Source: Rebecca billardiae RCC1528
Taxonomy: Eukaryota; Protista; Haptophyta
DNA length: 64,000 nucleotides
NCBI GenBank assembly: GCA_965240325.2
Contig: OZ251238.1
Location: forward strand, 992,001 to 1,056,000
Reading direction: 5' to 3'
A program made the position numbers and the translations under genes. Positions 33,584-46,473 of this stretch are shown in pieces (within the stretch, counting starts at the first letter, position 1; the number at the start of each line of letters is the position of its first letter). Below the pieces are notes generated by a model. That model ran no database searches, had not been told where the DNA came from, and worked only from the letters and a program-made list of their open reading frames with translations.

Positions 33584-34427
33584 CAGTGCTTGCGCAGCAG
33601 CCGCATACTATATCATCTGTGAGTGTACCCGACTGTGGCCTCACTTTGAGACCTGCAGGTTGGACATGCCTGCCTTTTTTACGGCGGCCCGCCGGCTGAC
33701 TGATAGTGTCTGGGACATGGGGGCCTGCCCGCATGTACTGCAAGTGCATAGTGCATTCTCCTTTCTTGTCACTGTCAGTCACTGTGCGCTTGTTGAGTAC
33801 GCTGGGCACAGGGTGTGTCTGGAGACGTCCCTCGGACCCGGTGAAGGTGGTACGACCGGGACCGCTAGTCCCGGTCGCCCCTTGGCGCGAGGCAGAGCCG
33901 CTAGCTCCGCCCCTGCCGTCAAAGCAGTTGTGGCAGGTGATGTTGGCCTTGGTCTCATCAATGCGTTCGTTGAGCATGTTGGCCGTAGTGTGCGTGGGGA
34001 GAGTGCCCGCGCCATCGGTGGGGGTGGGGCGACCGGGACCGCTAGCCCCGGTCGCCCCTTGGCGCGAGGCAGAGCCGCGAGCTCCGCCCCTGCCATCAGA
34101 GAGGTTGCTGCCGGTCATGTCTGCCTTGGTCTCATCAATGCGTTCGTTGAGCATGTTGGTCGCAGTGTGCGTGGGGCGAGTGCCCGCGCCACCGGTGGGA
34201 GTGGGGCGACCGGGACCACTAGCCCAGGTCGTCCCCTGGCGCGAGGCAGAGCCGCGAGCTCCGCCCCTGCCATCAGAGAGGTTGCTGCCGGTCATGTCGG
34301 CCGTGTGCTCGGCCCATACGACATTGTGCCGTTCATCGTCTGGGAGGTCGGTGTGCACCGTAGGCGTCGGTGCGTGTTGTGACTCGTCGACGTCCATGCC
34401 GTCTACGACACCCTGCGCGGACGTCAC
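33567..34427 (-). CDS. LINE ORF1 C-terminal remnant
   Basis: Directly upstream of ORF2 with a 17-nt overlap; the frame stays open to ~34545 with no ATG there; contains 59-aa repeats. Confidence 0.6.
   Translation of the reverse strand: MTSAQGVVDGMDVDESQHAPTPTVHTDLPDDERHNVVWAEHTADMTGSNLSDGRGGARGSASRQGTTWASGPGRPTPTGGAGTRPTHTATNMLNERIDETKADMTGSNLSDGRGGARGSASRQGATGASGPGRPTPTDGAGTLPTHTTANMLNERIDETKANITCHNCFDGRGGASGSASRQGATGTSGPGRTTFTGSEGRLQTHPVPSVLNKRTVTDSDKKGECTMHLQYMRAGPHVPDTISQPAGRRKKGRHVQPAGLKVRPQSGTLTDDIVCGCCASTDDRTG
33790..34300. repeat. 177-bp tandem repeat, about 3 copies, in ORF1
   Basis: Anchor cgaccgggacc at 33853, 34030 and 34207. Confidence 0.9.
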
Positions 34428-34611
34428 GCCCGGCGCCCGCCACGCCGGGGTGCCTCGCGCGCGTGCGTGCAGGGGGGCGGCTGGGGTAACTGACGATGGG
34501 GTCGGCTCGTGCGTACTTGGCGTCTCCGAAACTGTATGATGACATCACCGGTTACTTACAAGAAAATCTGTGCACTGGGTTCAGGCCAAACCCTCATTTC
34601 CACCCGGCACG

Positions 34612-37600
34612 ATGGGCTTCCACCCGACCCTCCTACCCGGCCCAACGCCATCGGCGGGGCGGCGCCGTACGTCCGGCGTGGCCGACCGCTTCGGGCACGC
34701 TGTGTCGCGCGCCGCACGTCGGGCGCTCCGCTTGCCGGCCAAAGCCGTCACCGTCGCGCCCGAGCCCGCCGAGCCTGACGGCGGCGCGGGTGGCCACAGC
34801 CCGCCGAGCACGCCGCCGGCGCACGCGCGGCGCGGCATCCTGCGCGCCGACGGCGGCGGGGCCGGCCGGCGGCACCACGCGCACAAGCGCGTCAAGTGGC
34901 GCGCTGTGGTCGTGGGCGACGACGTCGCCGACCAGGAGCGCCGCGAGAAGGCCGAGGCCCAGCTCGAGCTGCGCGAGCGGCTCGCCCGGCTCGAGCGCTG
35001 GTCTCAGATCGCGCGCCTGCCGGCGCTCACGTACGAGGAGCTGCTGATCCCGGTGCGCGTGGCGCTGCCCGGCCTGGTGATGGAGCACGCGTTCCCGATC
35101 CTGCTCGACGTGATCGTCGACGTGTACGAGCTCGTGTGGATGCTCAACTCGATCCGCGTGCAGCAGGGCCGCCGGCTGACACGGCAGGAGCAGCAGCAGC
35201 AGCAGCCGGCGCGCGCGGGCGCGGAGGGCGCGGAGGCCGAGGTGCGCGCGGCGGCGGCGAGCGGGGACTACACGCGGTGGCGGATCGCGCGCGACCTCGG
35301 CGTGATCGCCCTGCTCCACGCCGGCCGCGCCCTCTACCTCACCACCGGGCGCATCGAGCTGTTCACCGCCGCCCAGCTTTTCCGGTGCCTGAAAGTCCGG
35401 GACCTTCTTGCCTACATGAAGCAGATCAACAGCGACCTCTCGACGAACGTGACCTTCCTCGCGGTGCGCGCGCGCGCGCCCGGCGCCGCGGCCCGGCCCG
35501 CTGGGTCGCCGCCCGGCCGGCCGGCCCTCCCGCCGGGCCGTCACGCGAGGGTGTGCCTGCGAGCGCGCGCGCGGCCGCGCTGCTGGCTCATTCGTGCGCG
35601 CGTGGGCGCGCGCGCGTCCGTCCGATGGGCCTGCTGTGCGGAGGGCAGGTGTACAAGTTCGCGCTCGTGCTGGTCTCGGTGCCGCACTGGGTCGCGTGCA
35701 TCTGGTGGGTGCTCACCGAGCTGCTCCCCGAGGGCGAGCCGCTCGCGCTTCCCTCGTGGTCGGCACAATTCGAAGTGCAAACGGGAAATCCGAAAATGAA
35801 TCCGACCGGAGCGCAGGGCCACCAGCACTACCTGCTCTCGCTGTACATGGCGTGGGCGGGGGTGAGCGCGATGGGGTACGGCTCGATCGTGCTCGTGGCC
35901 AAGCGCGAGATCCTCTTCGCCGTCTTTGTCGGCGTCGTCCAGATCGTGCGCGCGCCGCACGGCGCGCGCGCATGCGCGGCCGTGGCGGCGCGCGCACGGG
36001 GCGCGCGCGCGCTCGCGCGCCGCCCCCCCTTCTGATGAGGCCCGCGGCTGCGCCCTCCCGCGGCGCCGGCGTGGCAGGTGTTCTACGCGTTCGTGCTCGG
36101 CACCCTCTTCCACTACCTCGTGCGCGTCGACGAGAACACCGTGCACTTCAAGGAGCTGATGCGCGCGGTCGAGAAGTACACATCCGAGCGCGCGCTGCCG
36201 GACGAGCTGCGCGCTCGGATCAGCGCGCACTTCGCCTTCCAGGTGCGCTCGGTGCGCGGGTTGGGGTTGGGGTTGGGGTTCGGGTCGCGCGCGGATCAGC
36301 GCGCACTTTGCGCTCCAGGTGCGCTCGGTGCGCGGGAGGAAGGGGCGCGCGGGGCGTGGGCGCGGCGTGGCGCCGGCGTGGCGGCGGTGCCACTCGCCGA
36401 GCGGAGCGGAGTGCTGCGGCGCGGCGCCGGGCACGAGGCCCGTGCGTGCCTGCGCATCCGGCGAGCGCGCGCCGCGCGCCGCCAGCGCTGACACCCCAGA
36501 GCCTCTGTCGCGCGCGGCGGCCGCCGCGCCGCGCGCCCCCGGTGCCCGCGCTCCCGCGCCGCGCGTCCGCAGCACTCGAAGCACGCGTCGGGCACCGAGC
36601 AGATCTTCCGGCAGATGCCGCTCTCACTGCGCACGGAGGTGGCGCTCGAGCAGCACTCGATCCAGCTCGTGAGCACGTGGCTCCTGTTCGGGTGCACGCC
36701 CCAGTTCCTGCACCACATCGCGCTGCACCTGCGCGAGCGGTTCGTGCTGCCGCGGGAGACGCTGTTCAAGCGCGGCGACGGGAGCACCGAGCTGCTCTGG
36801 TGCGTGGGCGGCGCGCTGCACGTGAGCAAGGCCGAGCAGCACATCGCCACGGTGCGCTCGGACATCGGGCCGGGCCAGATAGTAGGCGAGATTGCGTTCG
36901 TGGTGGGGGTGCCGCAGCCGTACACGGTGGCCGCGACGGCCGCGGGCGAGGTGACGCTGCTCGTGCTGAGTACGCGGGCGTACGAGGACACACTCGGCGC
37001 GTTCCCCGAGCAGGCGGAGCGCATCCTGCACACGCTGCTCCGCCGCTTCGGCCTCGACAAGTCCGGCGAGGAGTCCGGTGCGGACGCGCCCGGCGTCGAC
37101 CTGAGCACGCTCGACGACGACGAGGCGCGCGAGTTCCGCGCGCTCCAGGCGACGATCCGGACTGCGATCATCGAGCGGAACGAGGAGCAGCACTTCCAGA
37201 TGGCGCACGCCGTGCTGTCGAACGACACGGAGGCGGTGCGCGCGCTCGCCGCGCGCGGGCTCGACCCTGACATCCGCTCGTATGATGGGCGCTCCGTGCT
37301 GCACCTCGCGTCGCGAGATGGCAATCTGGGTTTAGTCAGGCTGCTCGCGCAGCTCGGCGCGGACGTGCACGCCGCCGATCGGTTCGGGAGCACGCCGATG
37401 CGTGAGGCGGTGGCGCACGGGCGCGCGGACGTGGCGGACGAGCTCGCGCGCCACGGCGCGCTCCTTCGACTTGAGCACCCGGCCGCGGCCGTGCACGGCG
37501 CCGCGCGCGCCGCCGACCTCGAGCAGCTGCGTATTCTGATTAGCCACGGCGCCGACATCAACGCGCGAGACCACGACCGGCGCGTGGCGCTGCACATCGC

Positions 37601-40316
37601 GGCGGAGCGGGGGACGCTCAAGCTGGCGGAGTACCTGCTCGCCGGCCTCGCCGACGTCGGCGCGCAGGACCGCTGGGGCCGCACGCCACTCGACGAGGCG
37701 ATTGAGCGGCGCTTCACGCTCGTGGCTCAGCTGCTCAAGCGCAAGTCGGCGCCGTCGTCGCGCGCCGCGCTCGGCCATCGGCTGCGCGACGCGGCGGCGG
37801 CGGGCGACGCGCGCGAGATCCGCTTCCTGCTGGAGATGTGCGCGCCGATTGACGAAACCGACTACGACCTGCGCACGCCGCTGCACTACGCCGTCGGCGC
37901 CGGCTCTCTCTGCGCCGTGCAGCTGCTTGCTGCCAGCATGGCCGACGTGTCGCGCGCCGACCGCTGGGGCGCGAGCGCGCTCGTGCTCGCGCTGCGGACC
38001 GAGCGCCTCGCGCTCGCGGCGGTGCTCGCGCACACGGGCGGCGCCGAGCTCGTGCCCGGCCTCCCGGACGACGGGCTGCTCCGCGAGGCCCTCGAGCGCG
38101 CCCTCGAGCTGCGCGTCCGCTCGATCAACGCAATCATCCACGCGCGCGCGCAGGCGCGGCGGCGCGCGGCGGCGCGCACGCTCGCTGTCTCGCACGAGGT
38201 CGAGCTCGAGCTGACGAATCTCGCGCAGGAGATGCGCGGGCTCGAGCGCGCGCAGGGGCAGCTGTTCAGGCTGCTCGGCCGGCACGTGGACGCGTGGGTG
38301 AACGAGTGTGCGTGCCGCCCCGCCCGCCCGCCGCGCGCGCGCGCGCGCGCGCGCCGCGCGCGACGGCCGTGTGCTCGCGCTGTCTGCGCGCCGCGCGCGC
38401 CAATCGGCGCCCGCGCGCGCGCGCGCGCGCCCGGCGCGCGCTCGCGCAGACGCGGTGGAGGACGAGGACGAGGACGAGGACGACGCCCTGAGCGCGTCGA
38501 GCGGCTCGCTGGCCGAGCTCTCCGACGACGGCTCCGCGTCGGACGGCGGCGCCGGTACGCCGCGGTCTGTTGGTTTCGCGCGCGTCGACGGCGGCGGCGG
38601 CGGCACGGGCGGCGGCGGCGGCGGCGCGGGCGGCGGCGCGGGCGGCGGCGAGGGCGGCGGCGAGGGCGGCGGCGCGCGCGTCGGCAAGGAGGGCGGCGGC
38701 GCGGCCGCCGAGGCCGAGCCCATCGCCGCGCAGAACCAGTTCATCAAGCTGATGCTGCAGCTGCCACGCGCCGAGTCGGGCCTATGCGCGATGCGCGAGC
38801 TCTTCCGCAAGCAATTTGGGCCCGAGCGTTTCGGCGGGCTGCCCGGGCCGGTGCGGCGGCATCGCGAGGACTTGGCGCTGCGCCGGCTGCTGCGGGAGGA
38901 CCTGTACCTCTCCGAGCCCGCGGCGCACCAGATCGCGCTCGAGATCTATGCCGAGCTCGCCCGACTGCTGCTGATGCCCGCGCCCTCGCGCGCCGCGCAT
39001 GATGAGGCGTTGCGCGAGGCGGCGGCCGCGGCCGCCGCCTCCGCGGCGGGCGCGCCGGCCGACGCGGCGGGCGGCGGCGGCGGCGGCGGCGGCGGCGCGG
39101 AGCCACCGACCTCGGTGGCGGCGGCGGTGGCGGCGGCCGGCGCCGCGGCCGGCGCCGCGGGCGCGCGCGCGCGCTCGCCGCCCGGCGCGCACGCGCGCCA
39201 GCCGCGCCACGGGCAGTCTCACGCCAGGCGGCCCGCGCGCAAGCTGAGCGGCGGCGGCGGCGGCGGCGGCGGCGGCCGCTCGGCCAAGCCCAAGTTCGAC
39301 AAGGCGAGGGCGGTGCGCGAGATGCTGCGCCACTCGGCGCACACGGGCTCGACGCTCGTGCGGCTGGCGAAGCTGGCGCACGGCGCGCCGCTGGAGACAG
39401 TCGGAGCGGACGCGGGCAGCGGCGCGGGCGAGCACGTGGTCAGCCTCGGAGAGTTCCGGGAAAGTATCGCGCCGGCCGTGTTCGCTTCGGAGCTGGGGCA
39501 CGTGATTTTGTTCTGCTCGCCCACGCTGCTGCACTCGCTGCGCGACCGGCACGCGCGCGCGGGGCGGCCGTGGCTCGCGGGCGCGGCGGGCGCGGGCTCG
39601 CTCGATGACAGAGAGCGTGTGTGGCGCGGCTTCGGCCTCTCGCCCGGACCGCTCCGATTCCGGACGCAGCGCGGCTCCGCGAGCGTTGGCGCTTCGCCGG
39701 AGGGCGGGCGGCGCGGCGCGGCGGGGCTGGGCTCGCCGGCCGCGCCGCGGCAGGGGCTAGCACGCCCGTCGTCGCTGCTCTCGGCCGGCGGCGCGGCGCA
39801 GGTGTCCAACGGGTACCGGCGCAGGCGTCGAACTGATGATCCCTCGCTGCCCTTCGGCGCGCGCGTGCCGCCGGCGGTGACAGCCGCGCCGGTCTCGCCG
39901 GAGCAGGAGGGCTCGGGCGAGGCTGACGCGTCGGCGGAGCGCGCGCCCGCGCAGGGCCGGCGGGCACGGCGCTGGACGGGCGACCCGTCGGCGCCGCCGC
40001 CCGCGTGGGCGCGCGAGCTCGCCGCACGCTCGCGTGCCCATCTGCTCGATCCTCCGACGCTGCCGCCTGCGGCCGGCGCCGACGCGGACGCGGAGCCAGC
40101 AGCCGAGCCGGGCGCGACAGCGCGCTCGGCCGGCGGCACGACCGATGACTCGGCCGGCGCGACGCCGCGCGCGTCCGGCCGGCGCTCGCGGCGCTGGACG
40201 GGCGACCCGGCGTCGCTGCCGCCCGCGTGGGCGCGCGAGCTCGTCGCGGCGCGCTCGCGCGCGCTCGACCCGCCCTCGCCGCCGCCGCTGCCCGTCGGTG
40301 GCTCCAGCCCCAACAT

Positions 40317-40354
<38 letters not shown>

Positions 40355-43300
40355 ATGAGGCGAGTGGACGGCTGTGCGCGCCGCCGCCGCCGATGCCGAC
40401 CGGCGCGTCGTCCCCCGAGCTCGTGCGAGCGGCCGAGCCGGGCGGCAGCGGCGGGGGCGGCAGCGGCGCCGGGCAGCGGCGGCAGCGCTCCTCCTTCTTC
40501 GGCGCGGGCGCGAGCCCCGGCGGCCGCGACGTGGCGCGGCGCCCGTCAAGGCTGCTGCACAGGGCGGCGGACCGCGCCGCCGCCGCCGCCGCCGCCACGC
40601 CCGCGCACGACTCCTCCGCGTGTGCGGCGGCGGAGGCGGCAGACGTGGACGAGACTCAACACTCTGCCGAGAGCCTCCACCGGCGCCGTGAGCTGCGCGC
40701 CGCCATCGCCGAGTCGATCCACGTGATCGCCGCGCTCTTCGCGTACTGCGACAAGCGCGGCAGCGCGGCCGTGCGCATGCGCGACGTGCGCGCTCTGCAG
40801 TCGACCGTCGGCGACGCGAGCTCGGGCGAGATCAAGGCGCTGATCGCGACGCTGGTGGACACGTCGCGATCGCTCGGCCGGCCGCTGCTCGCGCCCGCGA
40901 CGGCCGGCGCCGCCGCCGCCGCCGCCGCCGCGGAGGTGCGCCTCGACCCGATGGCGCTCGCACGGCCGCTGCCGCCGGCGGGCGGCGCGCAGCAGGCCGC
41001 CGCCGGGCGAGTCGGCGGCGGCGCGGCGCCGGGCGCGCGCGCGGAAAGCGGCGGCGGCGGCGCGGTGCAGCCCGCGCAAGGAAAGTCTCGGGACGCGCCG
41101 GCGGTCGCGGTGGCCAGCGCGGCTGCGCCCGGCGGCGGGCCAGCCGGCACCGCGCCCACCACAGGCCTCGACGCCCCGGGCGCCACCTCCGACGCCCCCA
41201 CCGCCGCCGCGCTCGAGGGCCCTCTATTCCCCGCGACACTGAGCAAGATGCGGAGCAATGGCGGCGGCGGCGCGGCGGGTGGTGGGGCGGGGAGCGCGCC
41301 ACACCGGGGTGGCGGCACGGCGGACGTCGGCGCGAGCGTCGAGCGTACGCCCGCCCCGCCGCCCGGCGCCGCCACCCCGGCCGCCGCCGCGTCGTCCGCC
41401 TCGGCGCAGCCCGGCTCGGCGCAGTCCTGCTCGGCACAGCCCGGCTCGGCACAGCCCGGCTCGGCGCAGCCCGGCTCGCCAGGCGGCGGCGAATCGCGGG
41501 TCGGCCGTCGGCGGCGCAGCAGCGCGGGCGGCATTGAAGGGATCGAAGGGCTGCGGACGAAGCAGCGCGCGCCCAAGGAGATGAGCGAGGCCGCCTTCTT
41601 CCTCGGCGTCGCCACCTGGATCCTGACCGAGGCCTCGGAGACCGAGCCGGAACCGGAGGCGGCGGCGGGCGGCGCGGCGGACGCGGCGGACGGCGGTGAG
41701 GCGCCGTCGACGGCGGTGCCGACGGCCGCCAGGGGCGGCGGCAGCGGAGGCGGCGTGTCCGAGCGGCGCGCCGACGGGGGCGGCGGGAGTGCCAGCACGG
41801 CGGGCGCCGCGCGGCCAGCCGCCCCGCCCGCCCCGCCCCGGCTTTCGCTCGACGCAGTGCACCGGGCGGCCGGCGCCGCCGCCGCGCCGCCGCCAGAGCC
41901 AAGGGCGGCGGGCGGCGGCGGCGGCGGCGCAGCGGGCGCGCACGACGCGTCGCACCCCACGCACAGCTTCGACGGCGGCGCGTCCGCGGCCGAGCGCGGC
42001 GCGCCCCCGGACGACGCCGCGTCCGCCGACGCCGCGCTCCTCGCCAACCTGACCACCGCGGGCGCTTACACCGCGCTGGCGGACGCGCTTGAGCAAAGGT
42101 TGGACGCTCGCCGAATGGTGTCCGAGGACGCGGTGCGGTTGGCGACGCTTGTGGCGCTCGTGCACGCGATCGTGACGCTGCCGCCCGGCGTGACGAGCGC
42201 GCACATCGAGCGCTGGTGCGCCGCGGAGCTCGGGCTCACGCTCGCGCGCGACGGCGAGGCGGCGGCTGCGAGCGGCCGGCCGCAGCCGCAGCCGCAGCCG
42301 CCGTCGCCGCAGCGGGCGGCGGGCGGCGGCGCGGTGGCGGGCGGCGGCGCACCGGGCTCCGGCGCGGGCGGTGTCGCGGGCGAGGACGGCGGCGCGGAGG
42401 CGGCGCCGCGCGCCACGTGGGGCGCGCTGCTCCGCCAGCTGCGCGCCGCCGCCCTCGCGCTCCGCGAGGAGGGCGCGCGGCCGCGGCGCGCCGCGCGCCT
42501 CTCCGCGGCCGCGGCGACTCGCAGCGCGTATCGCACGCGCGCGACGTTGCTCTCGGCGCTCGGGGTGCGCGTGCCCGAGCGCAAGCTGCTGCCCGGCGAG
42601 GACGGCGGCGCGGGGATGCCCTGGTACCTCATCTCCGCCTCCTCCCGCGCCGCACGCGCGCTCCGCCGCATCTTCCTCCTCATCTCGCTGTGGGATTTTT
42701 TAATGCTCCCGCTCGAATTATCGTTCTGGCACGCTGCGCGGCACGTGCCGGCGTTCGGCTGGGTGCAGCTGGGGATCGACGCGTGGCTGATCCTGCACAT
42801 CGCGCTGCGCTTCCACACGACGTACGTCAACGACAACTCCGTCGAGGTCACCGCGCCCAAGCTGCTGCGCTGGTGCGCGCCGCGCGCGCGCGCGCGCGCG
42901 CGCGCATGCGCCAATGCGCAGCGCTCGCGCCCGGCGCATTGGCGCGCGCGCGCGCGCGCTCGACAGCAGCCCGCGGCCCTCCCCACGCCCCGCCCCGCCC
43001 CGCGCGCACAGGCACTACATGCAGGGCGACTTTGCGCTCGACATCTTCGCCGCGTGGCCGCACAACCTCCTCGCCCTCGCGCTCGGCGCGCGGCCTATCG
43101 TCGTCGTGCTGCTGCGGCTCACTCGGCTAGTGAACACGCGCTACCTCAGCGCCGCGTTCGGCGCGTGGCGGCGCTCGCTCGCGGACGACGACCTGTCGAG
43201 CGGGATCCTGGCGTACGTGGCCGGTCTGCTCGTCTTCACGCACGTGTGCGCGTGCGTCTTCAACGTGCTCGGCAACTCGGAGATTGCAATCTCGGCGCTC

Positions 43301-46300
43301 GGCGTGACGTGGACGCAAGTGTTTGACGGCTTCGAGGCGTCAGTCGGCGGCTCGCACGGCGCGCTCTCGCCGCTGGACGAGCTGGTGTCGCACTACCTCG
43401 TGTCGTACTTCTACTGCCTCGCGATCATCTCCGCCCTCGGCATCGCGCAGGTGCCCGCCAACTTTGTGGAGACCGTCGCGTACATCGTAATGGCCTCGTG
43501 CAACATGACTGTGTTCGCGTGGGCGGTCGGCGGCGTGTCGGGGCTAGTGATGCGGCTGGACGAGGAGACGGTGAAGAAGCGGGCGCAGCTCGAGCTGGTG
43601 AACTCGTACATCCGGCACATCGACGTGCCGCCCGAGCTCAAGGCGCGCCTCCGCCTCTTCTTCACGCAGCGGCTTCAGACGGCGTCGCTCTCGTCCGTGA
43701 GCGCCGAGCAGGTGTACGCGCAGCTGCCGATGGCGCTGGCGATGGAGGTGGCGACGCACACGAACCGCACGCTGGTGGGCGGCGCGGCGCTGCTGCGCGG
43801 CTGCTCCGCCGCCTTCCTCGACCGCCTCTCCGCCGCGCTCAAGGAGCGCGAGCTCGACGCCGAGGCGGTCGTCTTCCGCGCGGGCGAGGCGTGTGCGGAG
43901 CTCCTGCTGATCGCGTCCGGTGCGATCGAGGTGCTCCCGGACTCGGAGGAGCCCGAGGAGGCGCCGCTCGACGAGGGCGTCCTCGGCGAGCTGCTCATCG
44001 CCGGCGACACCGTCGGCGACGTGGCCTTCGCCTTTGGTGCGCGCGACGTCAACGCGCCGCGCGCAGCCGCGCCCGGCCGCCCTCGCCGAGCGCGCTGCGC
44101 CGGGGGCTCACGGCCCGCGCGCGCGCGCGCGCGCGCCCTGCGCGCGCGCGCACGCATGCAGGCATCCGACACATCAGCTCGGCGCGCGTGATGCGCGGCG
44201 CGAACGCGTCGGTCTTCTCGCTGCGGATGGGCGCGTACCGCGAGCTGCTCAAGGCCTTCCCCTCGCAGGAGGACTTCGTCATGGAGAATGCGATGCGCGC
44301 ATACGAGGGTGCGCGCGCGTGGCCGTTACGTGACCGTTACGTGGCCGTTACGTGGCCGTTACGCGCACGCGCGCTCGCGGCGCACTGAGGGCGCGCGCGG
44401 CGCACGACGTCACCCGCGCTCGCGCGCGCGCCCCGTCGCCCGCAGGCTCGCTCACCTCCCGCTCCAAGATGTCCTCGCGCTCGCTCGGCAGCTCGGCGCC
44501 AGGCTCGCCCGCAGGCTCCGTCCGTTCTGACGGCGCTCTGAGCGCGCCTAGTGCTGGCGGAGGCGCGGCGATGTCGGCTATTGCGTCGGACGGCGGCGGC
44601 GCCGGCGCCGCCGGCGGCGCGGGGCAGCAGCACGACGAGCTGCGCAACGTGCAGAAGATCCTCGCGGTGGCGAAGCGGAAGCGCACGCAGCTGCACCACG
44701 CGCGCCTCTGCTCCGCCTGCGCCAAGGGCGACGCCGACAAGGTGGGTAGGCTACTTTTTGCATCGGCGGAGGCGGTGGTGGACTTGGCTGACGGAATGGG
44801 TCGGCGCGCGCTGCACCTTGCGGCGTGCGGCGGCTCGGCGCAGGTGGTGCGGCTGCTGCTCGGCGCGAGGGCGGAGCCGAGCGCGGAGGACGAGCGCGGC
44901 GTGACGCCGCTCACCGAGGCGCTCACGCACGCCCACGCGCAGGTCGCTCAAATCCTCGAGGCGGCGGGCGCACGACACGGCTCCAACCGGACCGCCGCCG
45001 GCGGCGAAGGCGGCCTCGCCGAGCGCGCGTGCCTCGCGGGCGCGAGCGCGGACGGCGCGGCGGAGCTGCGCCGGATGGTGGCGTACGGCGCGGACGTGGG
45101 CGTGCGCGGCGCGGACGGGCGCACCGCGCTGCACCTCGCCGCGGCCGAGGGCCACCTCGCCAACGCCGCCCTGCTGCTTGACGCGCGCGCCGACGCGTGC
45201 GCAGTCGACGCGCGCGGCCGAACGGCGCTCGCGGAGGCCGTGGCTGCGAGGCACGACGACGTGGCCGCGCTGCTGCTCGAGCACGGCGGCTCGCTGGGCT
45301 CGCTCGACGCGCCGCGCGCGCTGTGCGAGGCCGCGGCCGCCGACGACGTCGCGCAGCTCGCGCGCCTCCTCCGCTTCCGCTGCGAGATCAACTCGGCGGA
45401 CGAGCATGGGCGCACAGCCCTGCACCTCGCGGCCTCCTGCGCCCATGTCACCGCCGCCAACTTTTTGCTGCAGGCGGCGCCGGGCGTCGTCGCGGTGAAC
45501 GCGGAGGACTGGCAGGGGTGCACGCCGCTGGACGACGCGGTGCGGGTGGAGGCGGGGGCCGAGCCCGTGCTCAGCACGCTGCTCGGCGCGCACGGCGCGC
45601 GCCGCGGCTCTCGACGCCCGAGCCCGCGGGGCGGCGGCGGCGGCGCGGGCGCGGGCGCGGCGGCGGCGGCGGCGACGACGACGGCGGTGGCTTCGGCTTC
45701 GGCCGCCGCGGCGGCGACGGAGGACGAGCCGGACCTGGAGGAGCGGATCATCGCGCAGGAGGCCGCGGTGATCGGCGCGCGCGAGGCGCTCCTCGCGCGC
45801 GTGCTCGCCGTGCGCGAGTGGACGCGCGCCGAGCGCGACGCGACTGGCCGGCTGCGCGCGCTCGTCGACCGCGCGCTAGCGCTCGAGCGCGAGCGCGGCG
45901 CTGTGCTGGCGGACGAGCTGCCGGAGCTGTGGGAGGGGATCTTCGAGTTCGCCGAGGCGCACTACCTGTGGCACGGCGCGGCGCTCAAGACGGTGCAGCC
46001 CGCGCTCGAGGAGTGGCAGGCCGAGGCGGCGGCGTACGCGCACGCCGCCGCGCGCGTCGTCAGTGAGAAGGTTCGAGCGCGCGCCGTGCGCCGCGCGCCG
46101 TTGTGCCGCGCGCAGCGCGTGCGCGATGATTCGCGAGCGGGGGGCGGAGCCGGCCGCGCGCACACGCCGCCCGCGCCGCGAGCTCACGCGCCCGCGGCGC
46201 CTCTGCCCCAACACCTCCCATCGCCCTCCATGGCCGGCACAGCTCGCCGAGCTCCTGCGCTGCCACGACACGGGCGCGCGGCCGGTCGAGCGCCTGTACG

Positions 46301-46473
46301 AGGTCACCTTCAGAAAGCCGGCGAGCAGCGCCCACCGCGGCTCGAGCGGCCGGCTCGCTGAGCTGATCGAGGCGGGCGGTGATATCGACGGGCGTGCGAG
46401 GCGGGGCGGCGGGGCGGCGGGGCGCTCGGGGAAGCGGGCAGCGCGCCCGGCCATCGCGCGGTACACCATGTAA
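34612..46473 (+). CDS. Giant (~3,499 aa) tandem Shaker/SKOR-like channel, 2 x [6TM-cNBD-ankyrin]; exons 34612-35463, 35649-35945, 36078-36242, 36573-38307, 38450-42872, 43012-44036, 44162-44308, 44446-46070, 46243-46473
   Basis: Module 1: pore SAMGYG, C-linker LPDELRARI..HF, cNBD VGEIAFVVGVPQPYTV, ankyrins (YDGRSVLHLA, DRWGRTPL). Module 2: LWDFLMLP...RFHTTY...HYMQGDFALD, pore SALGIAQ, cNBD, ankyrins. Eight GT-AG introns give 10,500 nt in frame. Confidence 0.8.
44318..44363. repeat. 11-bp tandem repeat (CGTGGCCGTTA) x4 within an intron
   Basis: Direct reading; one copy has a G>A change. Confidence 0.85.

Larger units (their letters stand above)
27040..34540 (-). mobile_element. Non-LTR retrotransposon (LINE, APE-type with RNase H), probably 5'-truncated; ends approximate
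   Basis: Sharp compositional shift (lower GC, CpG-poor), ORF1 remnant overlapping an intact ORF2. No TSD or poly(A) tail identified. Confidence 0.9.

Noticed and set aside
26950-34570. Poly(A) tail and TSD for the LINE
   Set aside because: Only short A/T runs near 27030 and no matching direct repeat near 34540; ends are left approximate.
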